A DNA stretch of 50,194 bases, the filler included, from Bipalium vagum (taxonomy: Eukaryota): the NCBI GenBank assembly GCA_037834085.1. It is 2 parts of 2 records of this genome, joined end to end, with 100 filler letters (N's around TTAATTAATTAA, not from the genome) between each part and the next. Parts side by side here need not be neighbours in the genome. Positions count along the whole stretch, not along the records: positions 31,401 to 50,194 come from JBBMKC010019268.1; 1 more part is not named here. One strand, written 5' to 3'. Below are positions 39,319 through 50,194 of this stretch, in pieces. A program made the position numbers and the translations under genes. The notes beneath the pieces are model-generated. The model did no database searches and had not been told where the DNA came from. It saw only the letters and a program-made list of their open reading frames with translations. Position 1 is the first letter of the stretch. Each line of letters starts with the position of its first letter.

Positions 39319-39663
39319 TCTGATAATTATTTCCGGTTTAATTTTCAATGCAAATATACATTTCCTCGGACATTAAAAAAAAGTAGAATGTGTATCTTTT
39401 TATTGAATGTGGACCAGAGTTTATCAACATTAATTCTTGTATTTCTTTACCAAATTTTTGTCAGTTATTTTTCAAAAACATATCATTGGCAGAACTAATT
39501 ATTATCAGTTTTTAGGAATATTGGGGTCATATTAAAGAAATTAGATCTATGAAATTTTTTCCTTTTTCAATTATGATTATAAAAATTTTTCCAATGACTC
39601 AATAAATTTTAAGTTCAATCTCTTTAGATTATTCTTCTCGCCCTAACTACGTACTTATATCTA

Positions 39664-40906
39664 TTTGGTAACAAATAAAGTTCGTGCGGTTTTAGCTCAA
39701 AAAATGCAAAGATTTATTAGAAAACACAAATACAATATTAATCATCGAAATAATCACCGCCACACTTTATAATATTCTGCCAACGTGTCACTAAATGTTG
39801 TATGCCGGTTTTGTAAAAATCTTTCGATTTGGAATCGAAAAAACTGCGGACCGCATCAACAACACCATCTCGAGTTTGGAATTGCCGCTGCCTCATAAAA
39901 TTGTCCAGAGATATGAAAAGATGGTAAACACTTGGGGAAATATCTGGAAAATAAGGTGGATGTGGTAATGTTTCCCAGCCAAGCTCAGAAATTTTTTCAT
40001 GGGTTAATCTTGCGATATCTTGTAAGAAGAGCACATTCTTTCGATTGATCAAAGAAGGTTTTTTCTGGATAAGTGCTTCTTTTCACTCGCTCAAGCTGAA
40101 CACAATAGACTGCAGAAGTGATGATTTGACCACTTTCCAAGAATTCATAATGAATAATTCTGGTTGCTGTCCCCCAAACACACAATAAAATCTTTTTTGG
40201 GTGTACGGGGTTCTTTGGAGTATGTTGGAGATGTTGAGGATAACCAATGACGAGATAGCTTATTATAGCTGAATAATAGCCATTTTTTGTCGCAGGTTAA
40301 TAATCGATCGAGAAAAAAACTCTTTTTTATATATTGATAAATTTGCTGAACAAATGGATAAGCGGCTTATTTTCTTGGATTCTGACAAATCATGTGGAAC
40401 CCATTTGCTTAATTTCTACTTCTTCCCCAGCTGGTGAAGGTGAACCCGAATTGTTTCATCGCTCACATTTAAATTTTTTGCAAGCTCTTAGAACGTTAAA
40501 CTGAAATTTGCATCAATCAATTCTTTGAGATTGTTGTTATCAATGACCGTTGGTCTTCCAGAACGTGCTTCATCGGTTAGGCTGAAATCCCCCAATGAAA
40601 ATTTTTGAAACCACTTACAGCATCATCTCCAAACGCCCTACATATTTTTCGCGCAGCTTCGGCAGCTTTCGTGCCAAATTTGTATTCATAGAGTAAACTA
40701 CTTCGAATTAGCGCTTTTTAGGAGGCCATTTTGACTAAGTAATTGAACTTTTTAAACAATCTTTTCTAAATTTTTTAAAAAATCAATAGAAAGAAAAAAT
40801 ATTACCTAACCGACATAAAACAATATAAATAATTCCTATCAATAAGTATCAATCAAATCTATCATAATAGGCGGTATTAAGAAACCGCACGAACTTTATT
40901 GGTTAT
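39664..40906 (-). mobile_element. Full-length degenerate mariner (pseudo-ORF 40729 to 39738)
   Basis: TIR core aataaagttcgtgcggttt at both ends. Motifs IRSSLLYEYKFGTKAAEAA, KWVPHDLS, LCVWGTA, HPPYFPDISPSVYHLF and C-terminus GGDYFDD*. Confidence 0.95.
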
Positions 40907-41589
40907 ATATAAATAATTAGGAATTTTTTATAAGATGATGAATATCATAATAATAATTATTTTATATAATAATAATAATCTTATAAATAATCATTAATAA
41001 TAATACTAAAAATAAAATAATAATAATAATTAGAGGAAGAACAAATTCATTTAATTAAAATTAATTAAAATTAATGTTTAATGTCTTAAAAATAATGAAT
41101 TGTGACAATTTTAAATATTTACAATAGTTGAAAAATAGCTTCAAGAAATTTGATAAGTATAATATATAAAATGTTTAGAGACAGAAATATTGTTTGTCAT
41201 TATTCTACTCATATTATACTTCCTGAGAGACAATAGAAATCAATACTGTCATTATTGTTTATTGTTATCCATTTCGTTTTTCTTTTTTTCAATAGAGAAA
41301 ATGTCGGAAATAATAGTTCATCTCGACTTGTGATAAAAAGGTAGTGGAATGAAGATATAACATAGCCCCGTTAAGTAATTTATAAATTCATTACTTCTCA
41401 AAGACAATGTTTATCGACAGTTTATTTTTCCAAACAGATTTCATGAAAATCATTTTCATTTCCCTTTTATCAATTTCTTTAATTATCATAATTAGTATTT
41501 TTTCGCGGCGTTATTATTAAAATTAACAAAATATTTAAAATTTATGAAAAAAATTCATTATTATAAAAATAATTCAATATTCAATATTA

Positions 41590-43350
41590 AGCTCCAAACA
41601 ACCGATAGCAAGGTCTTATTATTTGTTGATAATTGCAGTCATCATTCAACCATTATACCGGGTGTTCAAGTTAAAAGTTTATAAATAAAAGCGTAATATT
41701 TTTTATGCTGTAAAGTTTTATTTAATTTATTTGATCGAATAACCTTTATTGTGGATTTGGTAAATCCTGCTTTATATATAAACTTATGTTGTTTAAATGC
41801 ATAAATAATGACAAAAAATAAATGTACTTGTTTAAAATTTTGTTTTATTTTTAGATATGCCTTACATATTATCAAAATCGGATAAAATTAGGCTGGTAGA
41901 GCTATTTTTTAAAACTGAGAGTTTCGCTGAAACTCAGAGAAAATTTTCAACCGTAAAAAAAATAAAACGAAAGAGTGACAGGCCTTCAGTACAGCAAATA
42001 AGAAAAATTATTTTTAAATTCCACCAAACTGGTTGCATTAATAAAGATCACAATGTGCGATCTCCTAGAGCTTAGAAGAGAAATGAAAGGATATTGATAC
42101 TGTTTTACACCAGGTAAAAGCAGAGGGAACATCTACGAGCATAAGGAAACTCAGTTGTTTCAGATTCCTCTATTGGATTAGTTCACACGTATCTCAGACG
42201 TGAATTGAAATTATTTCCCTATAAAGTCACAATTGGGCAGTTTCTCTCAGACAAACATATGGCAAATCGTTATGCCTTTTGCAAAAGGATGCTATAAAAT
42301 ATATCCAAGGATGATACATTTTTATCCCGAATTGTATGGAGTGATGAATACTCATTCAATCTCAATGGATGGATGAACAGACAAAATATTCGATTTTGGG
42401 GGATGCAAAACCCCAATAACTTGGTTGAATACTCAACATTCTCGGCAAAGGTCAACGTATTCATTGCGATGTGGTCTTCCTTTCTTATTGGATAATGGCA
42501 ATAGTCAGACTATAAATTCGGAACGATATTTGGATATGCTTATTCACTATCTTATTCCGGAGTCTCAAATCAATTCCGAGATTTAACCGTTTAATTTTCC
42601 AACAAGATGGTGCTGCTCCTCCATATTGCCAAACAAGCAAGAGTATTCTTGGAAAACACTTTCGGTTCTGGAAAAATAATTTCAAGAGGATTTCCTAACG
42701 AATGGCCTGCCCAAAGCCCTGATCTAACACCCCTGGATTTCTGGTTATGGTCATTCTTGAAAGAAAAAGTTTATCCAGGTTGCAATCGCCTTAATAGTCG
42801 TGAAATATTGAAAGAACGTATCATCCAAGCTGTACAGATTTTGACAGAAATATACCTTCAAGAAGCCGTGGAAAATGTCACTCATAGGCTGGACGTATGC
42901 CTAGAAAATGAGGGTGGACACTTCGAATAAAAATATGATTTATGTACATATGTACATATCATATTTTTAACTATTTTGATAAAATACAACATATCTTGTA
43001 ATTCAACTTAGTTAAAAAAATAAAACCGCATTTTTGATCTTTATGAAAAATGTAAAATTTTCATGAATTCATTACCTGTAGGAAGTTTGAACAATCTTTT
43101 ATTTATGAACTTTTAACTTGAACACCCGGTACAATTGAGGAATATATAATTGTGCTTTTTATACCAAATACTACTGTTGAAGCACAGCCAATGGATCACG
43201 GAGTAGTTAAAAATTTGAAAGTACATTATAGGCGACTATTAGGGAATAAATCAACTCAATGGTTACTGGTAGCTCATTTAATTTTTATCTTTTCGATGCA
43301 CTGCATCTTATTCGTGAAGCATGGAATGATGTTACCACAGAAACAATAGG
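41590..43350 (+). mobile_element. pogo/Tigger (DDE_1) transposase remnant split by a later insertion
   Basis: Left flank KVLLFVDNCSHHSTI; right flank QLRNI*LCFL..PNTTVEAQPMDHGVVKNLKVHYRRLL. Confidence 0.85.
41658..43129 (+). mobile_element. Full-length rosa/DD41D-like transposon (apparent DD42D), pseudogenised
   Basis: 34-bp TIR ccgggtgttcaagttaaaagtt(t/c)ataaataaaag with 1 mismatch; TA duplications at 41656-57 and 43130-31. ORF pieces across 41857-42930: DUF4817-like HTH, IVWSDEYSFNLNGWMNRQNIRFWG, FQQDGA, WPAQSPDLTPLDFWLW and GGHFE*. Confidence 0.95.
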
Positions 43351-45134
43351 AGCCTTTTTTGCAAGTCAACATTTGTAATTGACAAAGATATCTTTGAAAT
43401 ACCAAAAAAGCCAATCCTTGAACTATTTATTTTAAGCAATACTATAAAGTCAATAGAAACAATTTGACGAATTTCACATTCAAAGAATGTTAGCCAGGAA
43501 ATTTTTTTTGAGGACAATGAAGTCATGTGATACTAAATTAGGATTCTGATATGGATGTGTCATTAATTTGCTGTTTTTATTGACCAATTAATTGAATTGA
43601 TTGAGTACTGTTATTATCATTGTGAAAATTGGATGTCTTAACATTTAGTCATTTATTGATTGTCTTCGCATATTTATACTTATTTAAAATTTTGTTATTT
43701 TATCCTTATGTCTATTTTTGGAAGTCTTGTTGATTCTAATAATATAAAAATGAAATGACTATTTAATAGAAGTCGTGACCACTCTTTGACATGAATTGTA
43801 AAAATTCTTTTCTAAGATAAAATGGTAGGAATTTATTATTTTTTTAATTGTGTAAGAAAAATAAGAAAATATAGGAATATTTCATAACTAATAATAATAA
43901 TAATATTTAATGTATAAAACATGCATGTACCTATATTTCACAATATTCCTGTGTACTGTTTATTATTTGGACATTTATATTCTTTTTATATCAAACCATA
44001 AAATGATCATTATGATAAACCCTTAGAATTTTGACATAAAACGCTAAAATTTACGTAGTCAAATTTAAATAATAAATTGGCCATTTTATTTTGAGGAATG
44101 CTTTTGTTTTTATATTCATTTGGATCAATTTGAGATTCTTCATTTATGGGATTATTTCCATAATTACAAGGAGATTTATTTGATGTTAGGCTTTTTTCTA
44201 GAAAAGGTAATTTATTCTGATAATTTTCCATCAAATATAACTCGCTATTAGGATAATGTTAAAATTGTCATTCTATCCTCAATGCTTATTGAGCAGCAAT
44301 AATTTATTTTTATATTTTTATTTGTATATAAATGTAGAAAAGAAAAATTACTCATTGTTTTTTCTTTATTCTAATGATCTAATAAAACATGATGGATATG
44401 TTCATTTTCATTTTCCATTTTGAAATGCTGTCAAATATGAATATATTTTTTAATCGATTAACATTATTTTTAAATCTCAGATACCTAATATTTAAACTTG
44501 CAAACCATATATAAATTATATATTTCTCTTTTGTTTAAGTACATGAAAATCAAACGAAAGCAATTCATGTAAAAAACCAGTATATTCCAATATTTTACTT
44601 TCATGAATTAATATTTATTAGAATGAATTATAACTCTCGTGTTTCAAGACTTTAATATGAAAGACCAAAAATAAAAGTTATGAAGCATTTATTCATTAAA
44701 ATATAAACCATTGTGTTTTATTGTCTTTAACCATCGTTCGGTTATCCCTTTTATTTCTCTGTCATATCATGCTGAGTTCTTGGAAGCAAAAAAATTGACA
44801 CAATCACTTTCCACATCATCAATTGATTTAAATCGCTATCCTTTAAAGAAATGCGCCATTGAACGGAACAAATGAAAATCACACGGTACAAGGTGTCTAA
44901 ACTGAGAGCTTGGTGTGTGAGTACTTCAATCTCCAATTATAGGTTAATAATAGATTACTTAATAGTAAAACATGTAATTATAGTGGAAAAAATAAATAAT
45001 AATATTAAGTAAAACAGTATAATATAATGAGTTAAAAACCTAATTTTTTAAAAAATAAAAATTAATTTATATATTATAATTAAATTATATAAATTTTTTA
45101 AAAAATAAAATTTAATCCGATCTAATATTTTCAG

Positions 45135-45451
45135 TTCCAAACTGGTTCTATGGTTCTTTAAGTCGTCTTGATGCCAGTAACTGGCTTCTTAATTACTGGT
45201 TTCTGGGAGACGGAACCTTTCTAATTCGTACTTCTGAAAGTTTTCCTGGTAGTTACAGTCTGTCATTTTAGTAATTATGTTTTATGAAAATCAGTTTATC
45301 ATTGATCAAATTTTTTCATAGTCGTAAAGACAAAATTCATCATGTGAAAATATGTCGTTTTATTGATCAAACAAATCGCAAAACTTCAATGGGATTTGAG
45401 CATTGTGATATTCAGTTCTCCACCATGGAAGAACTGGTAGCACATTATCAG
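45135..45451 (+). CDS. SH2-domain protein, two internal exons (45135-45270, 45322-45451); resembles PLC-gamma N-SH2
   Basis: Acceptor ttttcag, a 51-nt GT-AG intron, and donor cag|gtatta. Spliced translation: PNWFYGSLSRLDASNWLLNYWFLGDGTFLIRTSESFPGSYSLSFYRKDKIHHVKICRF...QFSTMEELVAHYQ. Confidence 0.88.
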
Positions 45452-46386
45452 GTATTAAGATTGTTTTATTATAATAATTATTAAGGATTCTCTGAACTTT
45501 TTTTGAGATAGTATTTTATTTTATATTAAAATTTATTTCATTTTAACAATAAAAAGATAAATATCAACCTTTTAATTTATTTTCAATTATCAATATCACT
45601 CGTTAATAGGGTATCGCCATCATATATATTATTATTAGTACTGAATAATTCTCATGTGATCTTAGATTTTCTTGATTAATAATAATAATAATAAAAAAAT
45701 AAATAAAAAAATAAAAAAAAAAATAATAAATAAATATTACACAAAATATATATACACAAAATGTTGTTTTTATAAATTGTAAACAACTCTCAGCTAATTT
45801 TTTAATTTAAATTTTAATTAAATGTAGAAACTTTGGTTGTTCATTACATATGATAAAAAATATCAGTACAAAACGAATCATTAAAATGCTAAAACATTGA
45901 AACATTTGGTGTGATATTTTAACATATCAGATACATAATAAAATAATGAAGGATCTAATTTGTAAACATCAAAATGAATATTAAACTTTCAATATTAAAT
46001 CAAAATGTGCTTCAGTTATTGACTTGTAAAATAGTTTATAGACAGTAAAGGTCACAGATAAAAGGTAACTTTTAACTCTAACTTAATTTTAACTTGGTGC
46101 ATAAATGGCTACAAAATAAAAAGAATGTATATTGTACTACGTGACTTTTCAAATAGATTCAGAGATTGATTGTCAGGCTCCATCGATTGAACACGTCACA
46201 AAAGACAAATAAAATATAAACTAAAAGACAGAAGAAAACCTTTAAAACACAGGGTCGAAACAAATGGTTTTTGTACACTGTTGTAAGTGAGTTACATATG
46301 TGTTCTTTCCTTTTAGATTTTTTCTCAGTTATTAGGAACAAACCCCTATAAAAATAAAAATAGGAGAAATCATCAATTAAATAATA

Positions 46387-46899
46387 CACTGCCTTGCAAA
46401 AGTTCTTGGGCACTCTAATTTTAACGAGAAAGATGCATTAAAAAGGAAAGTTTCTATGATAAGAGATGTTAAATGTTCAGGAAATACGAATTTATTCCCG
46501 TCAAATATAATATCACAGTTAAGTTACAGATAGAACAGATTTTTAAGTTAGTTATTTATTTTCATAATAAATGAGCATTTTTATGAAAATATTTCATACG
46601 TTGGTATCATCACTTTATATTCATGGAATTACTTTATTCTTTATAAAAGACATTTATTAATGTTTTATAGTTTGTTCTGTCTACGTTTATTTAAAAATAA
46701 ATGTTTGTAAGTCATATACAATTATTCCGCAGTTAGAACCATATAACAAAACGTAAGGTAATAGTGATTTAATAAATGTTGAAGGTGTATATTTTTTATC
46801 ATTTCCATATTTCAGTTTTCACTTACTTCAAAATTTTAATTAGATTTTGTTAATAGGTCATTATAATATTCAGTGTCTAAGAATTTTTGCACAGCAGTG
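46387..46899. mobile_element. Tc1-like MITE, 513 bp
   Basis: TIRs cactgccttgcaaaagttcttgggcact and cactgctgtgcaaaaattcttagacact, TA on both sides, non-coding interior. Confidence 0.9.
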
Positions 46900-47707
46900 T
46901 ATATTTAAGTCTGGAAAATATAAAAAACACCTGGGGAACATTACCTTTGAGTTCTTAAAATTTTGACTAAATGACTTGAATCATAGTGAAACAGCTTCCG
47001 TGTCATCTTTATTCTGGTCGTTTTTAGAAAAAGTTTTTATTGTTATTATTATTATTATATTTATTATTTTTTTATTACACATCTGAAATAAGCCTTGTAT
47101 TAAAAAGATATGCAAATCATCAAAGGTGTAATGCATTAATATTTCTTATTCAAACTTTCATTTGAAGAAGAATTTTATTATTTAAAGTTTCATTCGTATT
47201 CCATATCGTTCAGAAATAAGCAAAATACTTTTCATAACTTCATCTTCATCCTTGTAAAATTGAAAAGGAATTCTGCAATTTCAAATGACTTCCATTTCTT
47301 TGGTCATTTATCAGGAATTGATTTTTTATTATACTTAATATAAATTTTCTTAAAGTTCTGGTTTTGTTTCTTTAGAAGTTCTGAGTTTTCGGTTAATCTT
47401 TGGTTGGTCCTATTTAAAAATTTCCTGATTTGCTTTTTATCCCTTTTAAAGATTTGAATAAATTATAAAGCTATCAATTGTCTTCTCTTAAATTGATCCG
47501 ACAAGTCCTCCTTGCAGTCCTGTTTCATCCCAAAGTATAAAAGCAACTTAATTTTAACTGGATCTTCAAAATGTCACAGATTTATCTAAACATGCCCACA
47601 AGATTTCCAATGACTCATTCATATTACACTATTTGAATTTTATCAAAATACTTCAAAAGGGGTTACTAATAACATAATAATGAAGGTTTTTAAAATTTTA
47701 TATTGCA

Positions 47708-47709
<2 letters not shown>

Positions 47710-47755
<46 letters not shown>
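47710..47755. repeat. (TTA)n microsatellite
   Basis: Perfect tandem run. Confidence 0.97.
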
Positions 47756-48049
47756 CAGTCTTAAATAGTTAGAATACTTCAAATTTAAGTATGCTTGGAT
47801 ATATTACTGTGAGGGTATGGCCTATAAATCTTATTTCTAATTATAATATGGCGCCATCGATAATAATCATGACTAAAAGAAACTAATGTAAAATTTATAC
47901 AAAAACATAAATATGTCGAAACAAGTAATTATTGACATCTGACTGTATTATTTTTACTAAAGATTTATCTTTCTCAAATCTGTCGCTCTTGTGATAATTT
48001 CTAACTCTAATTTTCATACTCGGTGTTGATGAAAGGAAATCTTTAAGTT

Positions 48050-48480
48050 TATAAAGGGTTGCTAGGCAGCGTTGATATGGAGCACTTATTTATTTTCGAA
48101 AATAAATCATCTGAAGTAAAATGAGCGGTGAAAACATCTTGATAACTTCTAATATTCTTAAAATTATTATTCTTCAGACACATATAAATATAAAAATATT
48201 CTCCTGTCAGGTATTTGACGCTGTCTGTCAATGTCCTAAAGAATCATGGAGTCAATTTTTGTACACTTCTTTTCTCAACGTTTTCTTAATAAAACTAGTC
48301 ACTATATATATAAATAACTAAACACTTATTTAAATAAATTTCGAGCTGTTGTAGTGTGCAGTTTAATTGTTTGACGAGGTTTTAAATTAATCTACCATGA
48401 ATCCAAAGTTTCCAAAAAAGTAGGAAACATTTGATACCATTATACCTCAGAAAACCAATCAGTTGAATATCAGGTTAAGG
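48050..48480 (-). mobile_element. Probable highly degraded LINE reverse-transcriptase fragment
   Basis: On the minus strand, broken matches occur in the expected order to PGxDGI...FW, IxxxKK...KNWRPIxLxxxD and QxxF of non-LTR RT domains 0-2. Confidence 0.3.
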
Positions 48481-48602
48481 TTAAGTAAATAATAAAACTC
48501 CCTTACTTTTAAAGACCTAAGAGATATTTATTGCAATCCTTGATATCCATATTTTAAAACTAAAAACTCAATTTGACTGTAGATATTACACTTTCTTAAT
48601 AG

Positions 48603-48851
48603 AATTTAATTCCTGGTATACAATTAGTCAATAAAAGGCTTAAAAAATACCTAATTATATACGTCAGAGTTCAGTTTGAATCAGAGATCTCTATCAAGGG
48701 TAAGGACGAAAAAACCAAGCAAAAAATCAAGCTTTATTGGACGAAGCCGAATCCGAACTCGGAAGAACATGGTAATATGATATCAGAACATTTAAAAATT
48801 AAGCTGGTGGATCGTGAATCTCATCAAACTACCGAACACTCGGGATATTAA
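48603..48851 (+). CDS. Candidate phase-0 terminal exon of the SH2 gene (alternatively retroelement debris)
   Basis: Acceptor ctttcttaatag followed by 82 open codons NLIPGIQLVNKRLKKYL...EHSGY*. The phase matches the donor at 45451. Confidence 0.35.
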   Translation, partial: NLIPGIQLVNKRLKKYLIIYVRVQFESEISIKGKDEKTKQKIKLYWTKPNPNSEEHGNMISEHLKIKLVDRESHQTTEHSGY

Positions 48852-49652
48852 GATTTAAAATAGCAGAAATTAATTCAATTTTGGAAAATGTGCGGCTTGG
48901 ACAATCATTAACACCCATAATATCTGGAAAAATTCATAGCCAGAGCAGATCCAAACATTTTAAGAAAATTTCCCCGTGTCAATGACAACCATATCCTTGA
49001 TTTGAAATAAATCAGTGTTTTTGTTTTTTTTCATCTTTTCTATAAAACATTTCATCATTTTCGTGGGGACTTTAATATTTGTTGGGAGCTTTTACCCGTA
49101 ACTGTCAACTAACAAAAATGTCCATAGATCCATATTTAGACTGTTTCCACTACTCTGAGATTTTATAAATGATTATTGAAATTCATTATACAATTCTGCA
49201 TCTGATAAATGATCTACTCTGTGATTATATATTATCTGTATTGATCCGAAAGAATTATTTTCCCCAATTATCGTAGTGCAAATATTTATTGCGATTTTTA
49301 TTCAATGTTAATTGTAGACAATTTCTAAATGAATTTTATCGATGAGTGGATAATAAAAGCTTGAAGACATGAAATGACGATACAAAACTGAAAACTCAAT
49401 TCGCAATCTATGTGGAAACTTACAGTTTCAACATAAAATTTGTTTCGAATAAAGAGAAAAAATAATTAAATATTTTTTATCCTCTACCCAAGACAATTAC
49501 GGATTCATCAACAGTATTGCAAAACTTGTAATTAAATAAAAAAAAACGTTACCATGGCACTCGTTCGCATGAGTCATGTATGAGCAAGACGTAAGAGGAC
49601 ATTGGGAAAGAAGAGAATTGTTAGAAAAAATTCATCAACAAGAACATGTTAC

Positions 49653-49719
<67 letters not shown>
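49653..49719. repeat. (TAT)n microsatellite, about 22 units
   Basis: Perfect tandem run. Confidence 0.97.
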
Positions 49720-50194
49720 GTTTAATTTGCTTAATATTATTACCATTATTTAATTATTTTTATTTTTAAGTTCTTTAGGGCGTAGCAGAAATATTAAAAA
49801 AATTATATAAATTAAACCATTTTATTTATTTATTTAAAATTATTTGTCAATATTATTATACCTTATTTTATTATTTTTATATTTTTGTTCGTTTGAGAGG
49901 AGTACAATTAATATAGAAAAATAATAATTATTATTACTACCATTTAATATATTTATATTTATAAAATTATACTATTATATTATTATGTATTTATATTTAT
50001 ATAATGTTTTTAATATTATTATTGCCATTATTTTATTTATTTTTCATTTTTAAGCGTTTTATATTTTTTTAACTTAGGTTTCACGTTTTAAAAAGAGAAA
50101 AAGTTAATTTTTAAATATTTATATATTGTTTTTATAAACTTTATATATATTAGAAAATTGTGTTGTATTTTAATCCTCTAAAATTTTCACTAAC

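Noticed and set aside
39738-40729. Domesticated SETMAR-like gene or active mariner
   Set aside because: Stops and frameshifts, a mutated third Asp (PSVY), TIRs present and no SET domain.
44010-44234. 74-aa minus-strand ORF as a gene
   Set aside because: No recognisable motif or linked exons. It cannot be supported, though it is not excluded.

Overview
This window is eukaryotic, probably invertebrate animal, nuclear DNA: roughly 75% AT by eye, with GT-AG introns of about 50 nt and (TAA)n microsatellites. The taxon cannot be determined from the sequence. Most of it is a graveyard of decayed IS630-Tc1-mariner DNA transposons: mariner DD34D, Tc1 DD34E, maT DD37D, a rosa/DD41D-like family with DD42D spacing, pogo/Tigger, IS630-like elements and MITEs. 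Several are nested, with their TA target duplications still visible. There is also a Ty3/gypsy pol fragment and probable LINE debris. Host features are: (1) a complete 4-exon Elongin A gene (24621-26347, 506 aa) that appears to lack the BC-box; (2) two, possibly three, exons of an SH2-domain gene resembling the PLC-gamma N-SH2 (45135-45451, perhaps 48603-48851); (3) a strong pre-miRNA-like hairpin with a miR-10-family seed (about 34000-34089); and (4) a few orphan exon candidates. An artificial 100-bp linker (N44-TTAATTAATTAA-N44) at 31301-31400 means the two halves may not be neighbours in the genome. I found no prokaryotic-type system, CRISPR array, rRNA or tRNA. All family assignments come from recognising motifs by eye, not from database searches.
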